From assembly GCA_964016885.1 (NCBI GenBank), contig OZ024742.1, forward strand, positions 27,342,001-27,406,000: a stretch of DNA of 64,000 bases. The letters run 5' to 3'. Position 1 is the first letter of the stretch. Every line of letters starts with the position of its first letter. A program made the translations under genes and the position numbers. The notes beneath the pieces are model-generated. The model was not told the origin of the DNA, made no database searches, and worked only from the letters and a program-made list of their open reading frames with translations. Positions 1-13,262 of this stretch are shown piece by piece. The DNA is from Eledone cirrhosa (lineage: Eukaryota).

Positions 1-3000
1 CCGTTGAAAGGCCGCGCTCATCCGCTCAGGTTCAAGGATCACGCGTCCATCCTGGTCCTTTAAAGACCGAATCGTGAACTTGTTTCCACTTTTTGCCTCT
101 GTCACTCGGGCCCAGCTAACAGCTTTGGCTCCCTCGTTACCCAGAGCACGTATTTTACTCCTGACAACGTAGCCCTCGTGCTTCGCATCATAGAACTGGT
201 CTAGGGCCGTTCTTGACGCCAGCACACCGCCCACGTTGCCACTCCTAATCGCCTCTTCTACTCTATTTATTAATTCCCTTTCAGTTCTATTCCTATCTGA
301 TGCTAATTCCCGACTAAAACCTATCGATTCTATTCTAATTTCTCTCTTGAGAGAGCCCCGCCACCTGCTGTTGACACTTTCCCCCGTCAAACGCTGCTTA
401 ACTAGTGTGCTAATCCACTTACTGTAAGCTTTGTTTGTCGGTAAAGATAAGTTTAGCTTCCAGTAACTGGGTCCCTGTCTATGAGTTCTATCAAGGTTGA
501 CCACTCCGGTCACCAACTTGTGATCCGAATAGTCAACCAAGAACATTCCTGGACAGCTTAATATGTCCCTATCCTTATTTCTAACTAGGAACCTATCTAG
601 GTACGACCTAGATGTTCCGCTGCGATTACTCCACGTCCACAGTGGCACAGTCGGAAAATATAATCGATATCTATCGGCCAGATCAAACCGGCCGATTAAT
701 CGTTTGAGGCTGTTACACGCCCCTCTATTGGGACATGCCCCTATATAGTCCCAACGTGCATCCAGGATACCATTCCAGTCCCCCACTAAAAGCAAGGAGC
801 GAGACGTTCCCAGGAAATTCTCCAGGCGTCGAAAAAAGTCCGAGCGCGGTGTCCAAGATGGGGCATACGCTGCCACCAGCCTGAAAGCTCCACCTTCACC
901 ACTGCCGACGTCTAAAACCACCAGTCGACCCTCCGGGTCCAGGTGTACCTTCTGTGTGGCAAGACCCATGTATTTTCGCAGCAGAACGACAACCCCACCC
1001 TACCCCTCGGCTGACAGAGAGATGCGTAGATCTCAAAGTCGTCGAAGATGGGGGCCAGTTGGCGCTCGCTGCTGATCCTGGACTAGCAAATAACCAATAC
1101 ATCCACTCTGTGCGACCTTAGGTCATTTAAGAGTTTGCCCTGTTTCCAGGGCATCCCCAGGCCACGTGCATTCACACATCCGACTCTTGTATTGGCCATG
1201 TTGGTGCTGAAGAGTTAAAAGGAAGAGGAAAGGAAATTACTTACCTCTTCGTCTCCTAGGGACCAGGCTGCACAATTTCCATGGGGGTGTTGGAAGGGTT
1301 GTTTGGTGGGGTGGTAGTTTGTGGTGGGGTGAGGACATCAGTGTGTGGTAGGTTTAGGGTGTTTGGTGGGGTGTGGGTGTCTGGTCTGGGGGTGGGGAAA
1401 CATCTCAATAGGACTCTGTTAAGTGGTTTGGTGTAGGTGGGCCCCACATGCATTGGATGGTTCTTTTTCAAAGTTACATAGGTTTCCGTTGGGACCCTAA
1501 TCATCATTAGGTGCGGTTTGTTCGCTGCGTAGGTGAAAGTGATCCCTTTGGTTTCCACCGAAGGGTTATTTTTCTATCGCTTTCATCAATGTTTTATTGT
1601 TCTTGTTAATGTATGTAAAGAGTTTTTGTGTGTTGTGTTTGTTTTTGTTTGTTGTTCTTGTGCGTGTTTGCGTTTTGTAGTATGTGTTATGTTTTGGGGA
1701 GGGGTATATTTTGGGGTTTTGTTGTGGTTGCTTTTGTATTTGTTTTAGGTGGGAAGGTGTTGGGTGGAACAGTGTTTTGTGTTGTTATTTTTCCGTGTTG
1801 TTGTGGTTGTTGTTGTTGTTGTGGTGGTGGTGGTGGTGGTGGTGGTGGTTGTGTTGTTGTGTTCGGGGTTGGCAGAAGAGCCTTTTTTTTTACTCGTTAA
1901 TTGACAAGCAGCCCTCAGGTGACCCCTGCTTAATCAGTGGTAACATGACGGCTGCCTTCCCTCCACTGAAATGTTTATATAAGTTAGCCCGTCCAGAGAC
2001 ACGCGTTGTGGGATATTAGCTATTCGTTCTGGGCTTATTTGCACCAGAACTTCTACGCTGGTCCCACCAAATACACCTCCGGAGGACTTTCCTATTGAAA
2101 TTATTCTGTCTTCATCAAAGTCAATGATTTCACAGAGTATCCACCAAATATTTACATTTGGTGTGATACTCATAATTTTTATTCTTTGTGTCCTTTTTCC
2201 CCTCTATGTGGGGAAAAAAGGTGAAGCGGGGGGACACAATGGGTGATACCGAGTATTTTTTGTTGTTGACTGGTTATTCATTAGCACCGAAATGCCACCA
2301 AACAGTTTTCCTTTTTGTATGAAGGTTATGTCCTTCATTGCATCTTTTAGAACCAGTTCAATTTCATTTTGTGATAATTGGGATGGTTTTCTTGTTTCGT
2401 TCGTTTTCAGGACAGCCTCTCTACGTAATTCCTGTGGAGAATTGATGCTAAAAGCACCGTTTTCGCCAAAAGTCACGAATTGTTTTGCGTCTTGTAGTTG
2501 TTGTTTATAATTTATTATGTTAATTGGCGTGTATAGTTCGTTTTTTTTTACAGTCTGTGCGAACGTTGTTTTGGTGTTGTATTTTTTGTTGCTGTTGTTG
2601 TTGTCACTGTTGGTAATATTGCTCATGTTTTCCTTGGTGTTGCTATTGTTGCAATTGTTGGTTGTGGTGTTATTGTCATTGTTCTTGTTGTTGGTGCTGG
2701 TATTATTTACCAGGTTTGGTTTCGTGGTTTCAATATTTTCAACGTTTTTCGGTAATGCGAGGGGGGAAGGCTGCAAGCTTTGTACTCCTACCTTCCCTCC
2801 ACCACTTTTCTTAGTGAACGTGGCACTCATGACAGTGTGCGAGGTGGAAATGGCATCCATTGCTGACTACCAAGTCTACACAGTTTTGAGATGAAAATGA
2901 AAATTTCGCCCCAGAAAGGGGCGAAAATTAGTTGACTCAAGGCAAGGGGTTAAACTAAACAATGCTATTAAATTGAGCAATGAACTCACAGATTTTTTTT

Positions 3001-3043
3001 ACAATAATCCGTAAAAATCCGGATCGAAGTAATTCACGTCTAT
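1..3043 (-). mobile_element. Tx1/L1-clade LINE copy 1 (5' UTR, ORF1, endonuclease; continues past the window start), degraded
   Basis: Near-identical to ~19893-23059. ORF1 begins MDAISTSH at 2860; ORF2 ATG at 1199; APE endonuclease remnants; stops and frameshifts. Confidence 0.92.
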
Positions 3044-3700
3044 ATCAAGTGGTAATTGATATAGAGAGGGAGTTAGTTTGGTGGTAATTGGTATAGTGAG
3101 CGGGGTCGGGAGAGTGTTTGGTATATTAGATATAGAGAGGGGGAGAGTTGGTGTTAATTTATATACAGAGAGGCATTTGGAGAGTTTGTTGTAATGTTGA
3201 TGTAGAGGGGGAGGGGGGTTGGTGGTAATGAATAGAGTGAGAGGATTGATAGAGATAGGTATTGATAGATATAGAGAGGGGGTTTGGTAGTGATGGATAG
3301 AGTGAGAGGGAATGAGAGAGCACGTTTTACGGTAGATATAGTGAGGGGGATAGTTTGGGGTAATTGATATAGAGGGGGATTAGGAAAAGCGTTCTCTGTA
3401 GTAGATATAGAGAGGGGGAAAGTTTGGTGTTATTTTATATAGAGACGGGAATTGGAAGATAATTCCACATAGTAGATATAGAGAGGGGTGAATTTGGGAT
3501 TGATTGATACAGAGAGGATATTGGGAAAGATAAGTGTAGATACTCATAGAGAGTGAGAGAATGTATTAGTCTTAGATATAGGGAGTGAGATAAGAGAGGC
3601 GATGTCGTGGTTGATATAGAAAGGGATAGAATTTTGTTTTAGTAGATACAGAGAGTGGGATTTAAAGAGTGTTTTGTATGATAGACATAGAGAGAAGAGT
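3044..3700. repeat. Degenerate GA-rich satellite (gatatagagagggg core)
   Basis: Motif recurs every ~30-45 bp and abuts the 5' end of LINE copy 1. Confidence 0.8.
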
Positions 3701-4306
3701 TTGGTGGCACTCTTGGGTCCCAAATAATAGGAAAGGTGGAAACATAGGATTTCTTGTAATGTTCTTCTTTTGTCATATATAATGTTTTATTAATGTAAAA
3801 TAAAATTATTATGAGATTCTCCAGCTTCTGTATCAATATGAATCACTTACAATAAAATTTCATTAGAGATTGATTAACAAAATTTAATAAGCGGGTGGGT
3901 GGTATGGGTGCTATAAAAACAGGAGGGTGGAATTTGTCAAATTAATTGTTTCTACATTTAACACAAGGCCAGCAAGTATCACAGTGTATTACTGGTACTT
4001 TGTTTTATTGACCTCGTAAGGATGAAAGGCAAAGTTAACTGCGGCGGGATTTGAACTCAGACTATAAAGGACCGTAACTCTTTGCTGTAAAGCAATCTGA
4101 CAAATTAATAGGCGTGGAGTGAGGACTATCATAAAAGACCTTAGAGTACGTGAATTATTGACGGACGTAAGAATGAAAACTCAATACCAATGTAGAGTTT
4201 AAATAAATGATAGCTATGCCCTGTTACTTTAGAGTCTCACCTCCATACTCACAGGATCATGAGACAACACTGGTGATCCTGTGAGTGCGCAGCTGACTCT
4301 TTAGAG

Positions 4307-4985
4307 CAGTAATTTCAACCAGTGTGCCGCGGCACACAGGTGTGCCGCGAGATCTTCCAAATTGTGCCGCGAAATTTTGAACGGCACACTAAGAAAATGC
4401 GATTACGTACAACGGAAGAAGAAATGAGGGTGTGTATGTCTCATATTCGACCAAACATTGAGGAAATGATGAATAAAAGCCAAATTTCTCACTAAAGAAG
4501 CCAGCTATTTGACTGATGAAATTCGAAACACTGCAATAAAGTAAGTTCATAGCTGTGCTTTTCTCTATTTAGTTTGAGTCATTCTATGTGTCTATGACTA
4601 GTCTGTGTCTACGGTTGTATACCGTATATGGCTAGTCTGTGTCTACGGTTGTATACCGTATATGGCTAGTCTGTGTCTACGGTTGTATGCCGTCTATGAC
4701 TTGTCTGTGTCTACAGTTGTATGCCGTCTATGGCTAGTCTGTGTCTACGGTTGTATACCGTATATGGCTAGTCTGTGTCTACGGTTGTATGCCGTCTATG
4801 ACTTGTCTGTGTCTACAGTTGTATGCCGTCTATGGCTAGTCTGTGTCTACGGTTGTATGCCGTCTATGACTTGCCATGTTTTTATTTTGTAAAATTCAAA
4901 TATTTTTCATATATATTTAGCCAGGTGTGCCGCTATTTTTTCATGTCTTCCAAGGTGTGCCGTTGGCAAAAAAGGGTTGAGAATA
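4307..4985 (+). mobile_element. hAT (Charlie/Buster-like) non-autonomous element with transposase C-terminal remnant
   Basis: Termini cagtaatttcaacc...ggttgagaa with subterminal gtgtgccgc repeats. ~4386-4495 encodes TKKMRLRTTEEEMRVCMSHIRPNIEEMMNKSQISH*, resembling Buster/Charlie C-termini. Confidence 0.7.
4585..4873. repeat. 34-bp minisatellite (~8 copies) with 102-bp higher-order period
   Basis: Unit gtctgtgtctacggttgtataccgtatatggcta; variants recur every three units. Confidence 0.9.
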
Positions 4986-5896
4986 TAAGCTCACAATAGA
5001 CATAATAAATTAATGTATATATATATATATATATGAGATGAGATGAATAATTTGGGTAAAATACGAGCTTCTTACAAAATTCGAAGAAGCTCGATAGGAA
5101 AGGATACAGCAGATTTTTTTTTTAAATTATATACACAGTGGCGGTGAAACTGGGCGGGGTGGGGTAATGCCCCCCCTCCAATAATTATATTTTCTCCCCA
5201 AACTACCGAAACTCACATCTATTTCGATATGCACAACAATTTATGTACATGCTATGTTTATTGCCTATCGAAGTTTTCTGAACATTTTAGAGCTCAAAAA
5301 ACTAATCACTACAAGTAAATTGTTCAAATGCTTCCTCCACCCCTGCTACTACTTAACAAAAGGTTCTTAAATCTATTACAATATTTTTATTTAAAATATT
5401 TAGCTATGATGGTACACTTTTGGCCAGCGAGTGAGCCCCCAATTTCTTATAATAGTGAAGGATGAGTAGAGCGAGGGCGAGGGAGATAGTGATTATACCA
5501 GCATTGCAGAAGTATTGTGTAGAGTTAAAGATTCAGTGATTTCGTTAAATACCTTTTCCAACTTATTCTTCAGTTTTGTTTTGTAAAGACTAACTTGTCA
5601 TTCCAAATTACAATAACAAGTCCATATTCTAATCTGAAATATTAATAAGCTGGTCGGAGTGGGGACGATTATTCGAGTTCCGAGAGTATTTTTTTTTTCC
5701 TTCATAATTAACATCAGGCATCTCTCTCTCTCTCTCTCTCTCTCACTCTCTCTCCATCCTACGAAATACCGCCTTCTCTCCTCTTAATAGTACACCAAGA
5801 CTAGATATGCCATAATTGTTTTGATTATCTTTTTTAACCTCTTTTATATATTTATGTATTTTATATATTTATATATTTATTATATTTGTTTGTCAG

Positions 5897-6101
5897 GTGG
5901 TATGGACCAATCCGGAATCGACAATCGTATCTTTGCAAATCAGGCGTATAATCGATGACGTTAGAATAAGTGTGGAACGACCATATATCAAAGATTGGCA
6001 TCTCCATATAAGGAATGTACGGGTGAGCGACAGTGGAGAATACACATGCCAAATTAATACGACGCCAGTCAAAATGAAGATTATTAATTTAAAAGTTGTA
6101 G
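5897..6101 (+). CDS. Exon of lachesin/IgLON/DIP-like Ig adhesion gene: C-terminal part of Ig domain 1 (V-type)
   Basis: Acceptor ttgtcag| and donor G|gtaagt; 205 nt, phase 0 to 1. Encodes VVWTNPESTIVS...RISVERPYIKDWHLHIRNVRVSDSGEYTCQINTTPVKMKIINLKVV, with Ig W, LxIxxVxxxDxGxYxC and the CQINT motif typical of lachesin/DIP. Upstream exon(s) are not in the window. Confidence 0.93.
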
Positions 6102-6524
6102 GTAAGTAAACAATGTTTCTCTGTTAAATATATATAATACTGTGGTGTGAGAATGTGTGTGAGTATGTGGGTGTGGGTGTACGTGTACGTGAGTGTCTGT
6201 GTGTGTGTGTGTGTGCGTGTGTATGTGTGTGTATCTGAGTGAGTGTATCAGAAGAGGGTCGGACGGCTTTCCAGCATAGTTACGTCCCTTTATGTTCTGA
6301 GTTCAAATCCCGCCAAGGTTAACTTTGCCTTTCATCCTTACGGGGTCGATGAAATAAAGTACCAGTAATGCACTGGGTAATTGCTGGCCTTGTGCCCAAA
6401 GTAGAAACAATTATTAACCCTTTCTACTAAAGACTGTCGCCCAACTGCTACCCTACTCTGTCATCCGCCTCGTGGTACCAGACGAGGGTATGGAGAACTT
6501 ATCCGGCGGACAGCGAGAGATTAG

Positions 6525-7455
6525 TGGGTGAAAATGTGGGTCAAATAGTGGTTAAAATGATAACATAGTAGGTAAGATTGAAATATAATTGTGGGTAAAA
6601 TAGCGGGTAGAATAGTGAGTAAAATAATGGGTAAAATAGCGGGAGAACATGTGGGTAAAAATATTAGGTAAGACTGAAGATAAATTGGTGGGTAAAAAAG
6701 TGGGTCAATTCGTGCGTAAGATTATAGGTAAAAGGGGTGAGTAATTTGTGGGTAAACTAGTAGGTAATGTTATGAGTAGATTGGTGGGTAAATGTGTGGG
6801 TAACAATGGGGTAAAATTGTGGGTAAATTTGTGGGTAAAATACGTTAGGGTTAGGGTGGGTGAATTTTTGGGTAAAAAGGTGGGTAAATCAGTGGGTAAT
6901 GTTATGGGTAGAATGGTGGGTAAACTGTGGGTTAAATGGTTGGTAAAATAGGGGTTAAAGTGGTGGGTAAATTGGCGGGTAAGGTTGGGGATAAAATGGA
7001 GGGCAAAATTGTGGGTAAAATAGAGGGTAAGAAGGTGGGTAAATATGTGGGTAAAAAGGTGGGTAAAAGAGGGCGTAATTTTATGGGTAGAATTGTGGGT
7101 TAAATTGTTGGTAAAACGGTGGGTAAAATAGGGGTTAAAAGTGTGGGTAAATCGGGGGTTAAAAGGTGGGTAAAATGTTAGGTAAACGGTGGGTAAAATG
7201 TGGGTAAAACGGGGGTAAGTGTGGCTATGAGGTGGGTAAAATTGTGGGTAAATGTGGGTAAAAGCCTGGGTAAAATGTGGGTAATGTGGTGGGTAAAATA
7301 GTGGGTAAAACTGTGGGTCAAACAGTGGGTAAATGGTGGGTAGATTGCTGAGTAAAATGGTGGGTAAGATTGTTAGTAAATTGTTGGGTAAATTGGATAG
7401 GTTCGCGGATTATAAAATTATATGTGGGTAGGAATGTGGGTAGGAATGTGGGTAA
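6525..7455. repeat. Degenerate (GTGGGTAAAA)-type G-rich satellite
   Basis: Dozens of gtgggtaaa motifs at ~12-13 bp spacing; complementary-strand remnant at ~7875-7970. Confidence 0.85.
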
Positions 7456-8164
7456 AGGATAGAAGACAGTTGATGCGAGACTGTATTGTAGGTACACACT
7501 CCATGCAGGATACTTGCCTCATGTGTAATATACTATTAGTCTGTGCAAGATGCTATGTTCGGCTCTATCCTTACTCTTTACAAACACCCGTACACACACA
7601 TAACCACGGGTAAATTGAGGTCTACGTTCGCGAATTGGGTGATGGATAATAAGATTACATTGTAATTAGGAATATAAGTAAGGTGAGAACCTTCACAAAT
7701 CTAGGACCACGAGGATATTTTGTGTGAACAACACTCCATGAAGGTCACTTGCATCACGTAGTAGTGCTTGTGTGTCTATACGAGGGGATGCTGGAAACTT
7801 CCTGGCTTTAAGAGTATTTAAGGATTGGAGGTTCAACCTTTCATTTTTTTTTTTTTTACAGGTAGACCAAGTTACCTTACAATCTTACTATTTTACGGAA
7901 CAATTTACCCACTAATTTACCCATTTGTTTACCTACAATTTTATCCACTACTTTTGCAAGCATTTTATCCATCAGTTGGTGCTGTATTATGTATGTGCCC
8001 TTTACAACCACATCCACACATCTTGTCGGATTTGCACGATTTTCTAAACTACTTTTATACATTATATCAGTGTTGTGAAGATTCGTCTTATGTTGCAGAT
8101 TGCGCTTTTTTATAAAATATCATTATTGGCATAATTGGTGATAAATTAGTGATATATATATATA

Positions 8165-8996
8165 TACAAGGGGGTCTCTGTCCCTCATCATCGCTGCCAT
8201 ATCCTGCGTCTTCAAGAGACCGGTGTGTGTCCTTAGGGCATCAACATATGTCAACCTTGGTCTCCCTCTTCTAGTGTCTCCGTGCAGGGGCTCCCACAGG
8301 AGCACTGAGTGCAGTGTCAACTCTGGATATCGGTGGGCATGTACAGCTAACCTCAGTCTCCTCTGTGCTACTTTCGAACTGACTTTTGGGAGGCTCCCGT
8401 ACAGCTCTGAGATCTTTATCCTCGGTGTATACTGATTAATGTTCAGAGCCATCCTCAGCTTTCTCGTGTAGCACCCATCCATCATCTGAGTGAGTTTCTT
8501 CGTCAATGTTCAATTCTCAGACCCGTACAGCAGCACAGACTCCACTGTAGCAACGAAGAGACGGATCTTCAGGTCTTAACGAAGGTCTGACTTCCAACCG
8601 ATCTCTGACTTCCAAACTGTGGCACGCCGCCCAGGCTTTGCTTTTCTTCTCAGCCGCATCATCCTCTGTGTTTTCAATCTTTGCTCCCAGATACAGGAAG
8701 TCCTCAACCAATACTAGAGGCTTCCGGCCTACATTCATAATCGTCTCTGGCTTCTTAATAGTCTCTACCAGATACTTTGTCTTAATCTCATTCATTCTCA
8801 GCCCCACACTCATCGACACAGTCTCCACCTCCTGCATCAAATCCTCTGCCTCCTTCACTGTGTTTGTCTCTCGAACTATGTCGTAAGCAAATTCAGCATC
8901 TGATATCTTTTTAGCATTGACTTTCCTGCTCTGAGCCAGTGTGACAGTAAAGCTAGAGTCCTGATGTTTCTCCATCGCAGGGCGCATACAATAGTC
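8165..8996 (-). mobile_element. RTE-clade LINE 3' fragment (end of RT and C-terminal domain)
   Basis: GLRMNEIKTKY, FLYLG, KLRMALNI, RRLRLAVH..R, LLWEP..G..RRGRPRLTYVD; frameshifted. Confidence 0.85.
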
Positions 8997-9079
8997 ATAT
9001 ATATATATATATATATGTCCCAAGGCTTTGATACCATCAACACTATACACACAGAGCTGGCATATCTAAGAACTGACTA

Positions 9080-9135
9080 ACTGCCTGATGAGGTCATAGC
9101 CATTCAATGGCTATCATCGAAATATATATAGCAGT
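9080..9135 (+). ncRNA. Type I hammerhead ribozyme, intact core
   Basis: ACTGC-CTGATGA-GGTCATAGCCATTCAATGGCTATCATC-GAAA-TATATA-TA-GCAGT: helix I ACTGC/GCAGT, long helix II, palindromic helix III, AUA cleavage triplet. Confidence 0.88.
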
Positions 9136-9231
9136 AAATAAAGGATTATGAGTTCATGCAATTGACTTATGTTTCGTCACTATATATATATACGAGACTA
9201 CTCGTGACCCGTTGGGTCACGAGTAGTATAG

Positions 9232-10105
9232 TACAGGTAATCAAAGTGTGTATACATTTTTCCGGGACACCATATATATATATACCGGTGTCCCTAAAAA
9301 TGTATACACCATTCTAATATATATATTGCCTGTACAGGTAATCAAAGTGTGTATACATTTTTCCGGGACACTATATATATATATATATATATACCGGTGT
9401 CCCTAAAAATGTATACACCATTCTAAAATATATATTGCCTGTACAGGTAATCAAAGTGTGTATACATTTTTCGGGGACACCATAGATATATATATATACC
9501 GGGGTTCCTAAAAATGTATACACCATTCAAATATATATATATTGCCTGTACATGTAATCAAAGTGTGTATACATTTTTCGGGGAAACCATATATATATAT
9601 ATACCTGGGTCCTGAAAAATGTATACACCATTCTAATATATATATTGGTTGTATAGGTAATCAAAGTGTATGTACATTTTTCCGGGACACCATATATATA
9701 TATATATACCGGTGTCCCTAAAAATGTATACACCATTCTAATATATATATTGCCTGTACAGGTAATCAAAGTGAGTATACATTATTCGGGGGCACAATAT
9801 ATATATACCGGGGTCCCTAAAAATGTATACACGATTCTAATATATATTGCCTGTACAGGTAATCAAAGTGTGTATACATTTTTCCGGGACACCATATATA
9901 TATATATACCGGTCTCCCTAAAAATGTATACACCATTCTAATATATATATTGCCTGTACAGGTAATCAAAGTGAGTATACATTTTTCGCGGACACAATAT
10001 AAATATATATATATATATACCGGGGTCCCTAAAAATGTATACACCATTCTAATATATATATTGCCTGTACAGGTAATCAAAGTGTGTATACATTTTTCGG
10101 GGACA

Positions 10106-10148
<43 letters not shown>

Positions 10149-10345
10149 GGAGTCCCTAAAAATGTATACACCATTCTAATATATATATTGCCTGTACAGG
10201 TAATCAAAGTGTGTATAAATTTTTCGGCGACACTATATATATATAATAATACCAGGGTCCCTAAAATTATATACACCATCCTAACAAATAATGCATGTAT
10301 AGGCAATCAAAGTGGGTATACATTTTTGGGGGGACAACCTGTATA
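9232..10345. repeat. Tandem array (~10 units, ~105-125 bp) of a mariner-type mini-MITE separated by variable (TA)n
   Basis: Each unit reads TA-CCGGTGTCCCTAAAAATGTATACAC...GTGTATACATTTTTCCGGGACACC-(TA)n, i.e. terminal inverted repeats around a short core. Confidence 0.8.
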
Positions 10346-10419
10346 TACACAAATATGAACATATATATAGAGAGAAAGTGTGTGCAAGCAAGCAAGCAAG
10401 CAACCAACCAATCAAGATC

Positions 10420-12707
10420 AGAGTTTTAGTAGTATATAGATATATAAATTAATAAAAACAATGGATAAAAACAAAGAAACAGTTCCTTATATTAAAAAAT
10501 TCATCATTTTACGATCGTTTCTAGGATATATATGTGTGTGTTGGTATGTATATCATATTGATCTATGTAAACATTTTACAAACTATCAGAGGAAATACAC
10601 ATACCTACACATATATATGCTGTCTTCAGAAATAATGATATTTGTTTATTGAAAAAAAAACAACAAAGATTTAATATAATAGGTCTGTTTGGGAACAGGT
10701 TTTGAATTGACCAATAGAAAAGTAGTAAGTGGTCAAGTTGATAGAATAGTAGTAGTAGAATTTAATTTAGGGATAGAGGAATGCAGACTTCAGTTTTGAA
10801 TGGAAAGTATACTTTGAATGAAAAGATTACTTTGGGGATGAAAAGAGGTCAAGCCGGTGAAAGGTACACGAAAATTCGATGTTATTAAAGAATAATGCTA
10901 ATGTTAAAATCGGAGAATAAAATTTGAGGGTAAATGGGTTAGTGAGAAATGCCAATCTTATTTAAAACACAAGGAATTTAGATCTATAACAAGAAATTGA
11001 ATTAATTTAATTGATAGGTATACTTATAGGGATACATTTATATTAATTCATATAAATGTGATAAATAAGAGATAGATGTTATTAAAGAATTTTGTTAAAA
11101 ACGAAGGAAAAAAATGTTTGGGATAAATGTATTAGTGAGAAATAACAAACTTATATAGACTACAAGGAATTTAGATTCATAACAGGAAATTAAAATAGTT
11201 TATATGTATACTTATAGGTATTAATTTTAGGAAAAGAGAGCTGTAAAAGGGAAATAAAATTATGAAGTTTTCAGTAGTAAAATACTAATTATAGGTTAAC
11301 TAAATTAAAAAAACTAATTATAATAATATGTAAAATATAAGTGTAAGGTGTAGTATATTAATTAGGTTTATAATATTTGAAAGTTCTTCTAATTCTACGA
11401 TTACACGATATAATTAATTCTTGTCGCTTATTTAATAGGATATCCTTAGATTTCATTATTTCAAAAAGTTCCTGGGAACATAATCTACACTCATATCTAT
11501 TATTTTGATAAGGGGTGGCCCTTTTGAGCACACTCCAGGTCAGGTTATAATCGATATTCTTTTTTCTATAATTATTAATTATTTCAGCCATGGATGTTGT
11601 ATTAGCTAATGCGGCATTTTTAAAACTATGTTTGTGGGTATTAAATCTTACTTTAAATTGGTTAGAAGTAGCTCCTATATATGAATAAGTTGAGTCCTTA
11701 GTGCTAATTTTACATTTATATACTATGTTATTAATAAGACAATTTCCTTTTAATTGGCAATTTCCTTTGTTTCTACAGTTACAACCATTCGTGAATATTA
11801 TATCAGGGGAGTTAGTCAAATTTGGTGTGGAATTTACTCGACTTGTTATATGTGAAAGAGATGGTGGTTTGTTGCGGTTTATTTTAGTATTATGGTTAGT
11901 TTGATGTGTTGGTGGTATATGCATGGTTCTTTTACATTTATATGCATTGTAGGCACTTATATTTTGTTGTATATTTTTGGTAGTGGAGTAGGAAAATTTG
12001 ACCGTTGATCTAAATTGATTTAAAATTTGATGGTATTTATGGTTTGGCGATCTTTAATTTGTAGATTAAATAGAGCATTATACCAAGTAACTCGTCTATT
12101 ACTGTTTCGATGTTGTTGTTTTTAAATTTATACGATGTATCAGGATGTTTACTAAGAGAGTTAGTATTAGTGAATTTATTATACATATGTTTAGTTAGAT
12201 TCACTGATTTAGGTGTTTTAGTCTGATTATTAGGAATGTTGTTAGTAATGTTATTAACATATATTGGAGTATTAGGATGAATGGTTTTATGAAAGTTATT
12301 ATATTGTATGTGAGAGAAATTAAGTTTAAAGTTGGTATTTTTTGGTATAGTGTGAGTGAAATTTAGGTGTGTGTTTTTCATTTGGTGTTTGTTGGTAATA
12401 TTGGGTTGTATGTTTGTAGTATTATTGGTACAAGGTATATAGACTAATTTGTTTTTGTGGCCGCTTCTAGCTAAAGCTTCGTTATAAAAGGTCGCATTTT
12501 TATCGAATACATCCTGGTTAGATGAAAGGTTAGACATTCTGAGTGAGATATTATATGCTAGGTTTTAAAGGATAGATCTAGGGTGATTGGATTGTGAGTG
12601 TATGTAATGTAAGTTTTGGTTAGGTTTATGGTACGGTTGGTAGATACCCGTAGATAAGTCTAAAGTTATATCAAGGAAATTAACTACTTTACTGGTGTTT
12701 TCAAATG

Positions 12708-12708
<1 letters not shown>
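10420..12708 (-). mobile_element. Penelope-like element (Naiad-type), 5'-truncated
   Basis: RT end (VVNFLDITLDL, YQPYHKPN, SNHP, LSSN...YNEAL), Asn-rich linker, CNCRNKGNC (CxCx5C), GIY-YIG domain (VYKC...YIGAT..FKVRFNTH...CRLC..E...LLNKRQEL) at 11358-11924, then a long AT-rich 3' region with a hammerhead. Confidence 0.88.
10501..10638 (-). ncRNA. Type I hammerhead ribozyme with ~100-nt helix II domain, in the 3' region of a Penelope-like element
   Basis: Minus strand: TCATTATTT-CTGAAGA-[CAGCATATATATGTGTAGGTATGTGTAT...ATATACATACCAACACACATATATATCCTA]-GAAA-CGATCG-TA-AAATGATGA. Confidence 0.8.

Positions 12709-13262
<554 letters not shown>

Noticed and set aside
4508-4540. CTGATGA...GAAA hammerhead-like boxes
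   Set aside because: Only 5 nt between the boxes (no helix II) and no UH/helix I arrangement.
6845-6856. TTAGGG x2, a possible interstitial telomere
   Set aside because: Only two units inside a GGGTAAAA satellite; expected by chance.
9232-10345. CRISPR-like regular repeat (also 46968-47692)
   Set aside because: No unique spacers, no cas genes, and a eukaryotic context.
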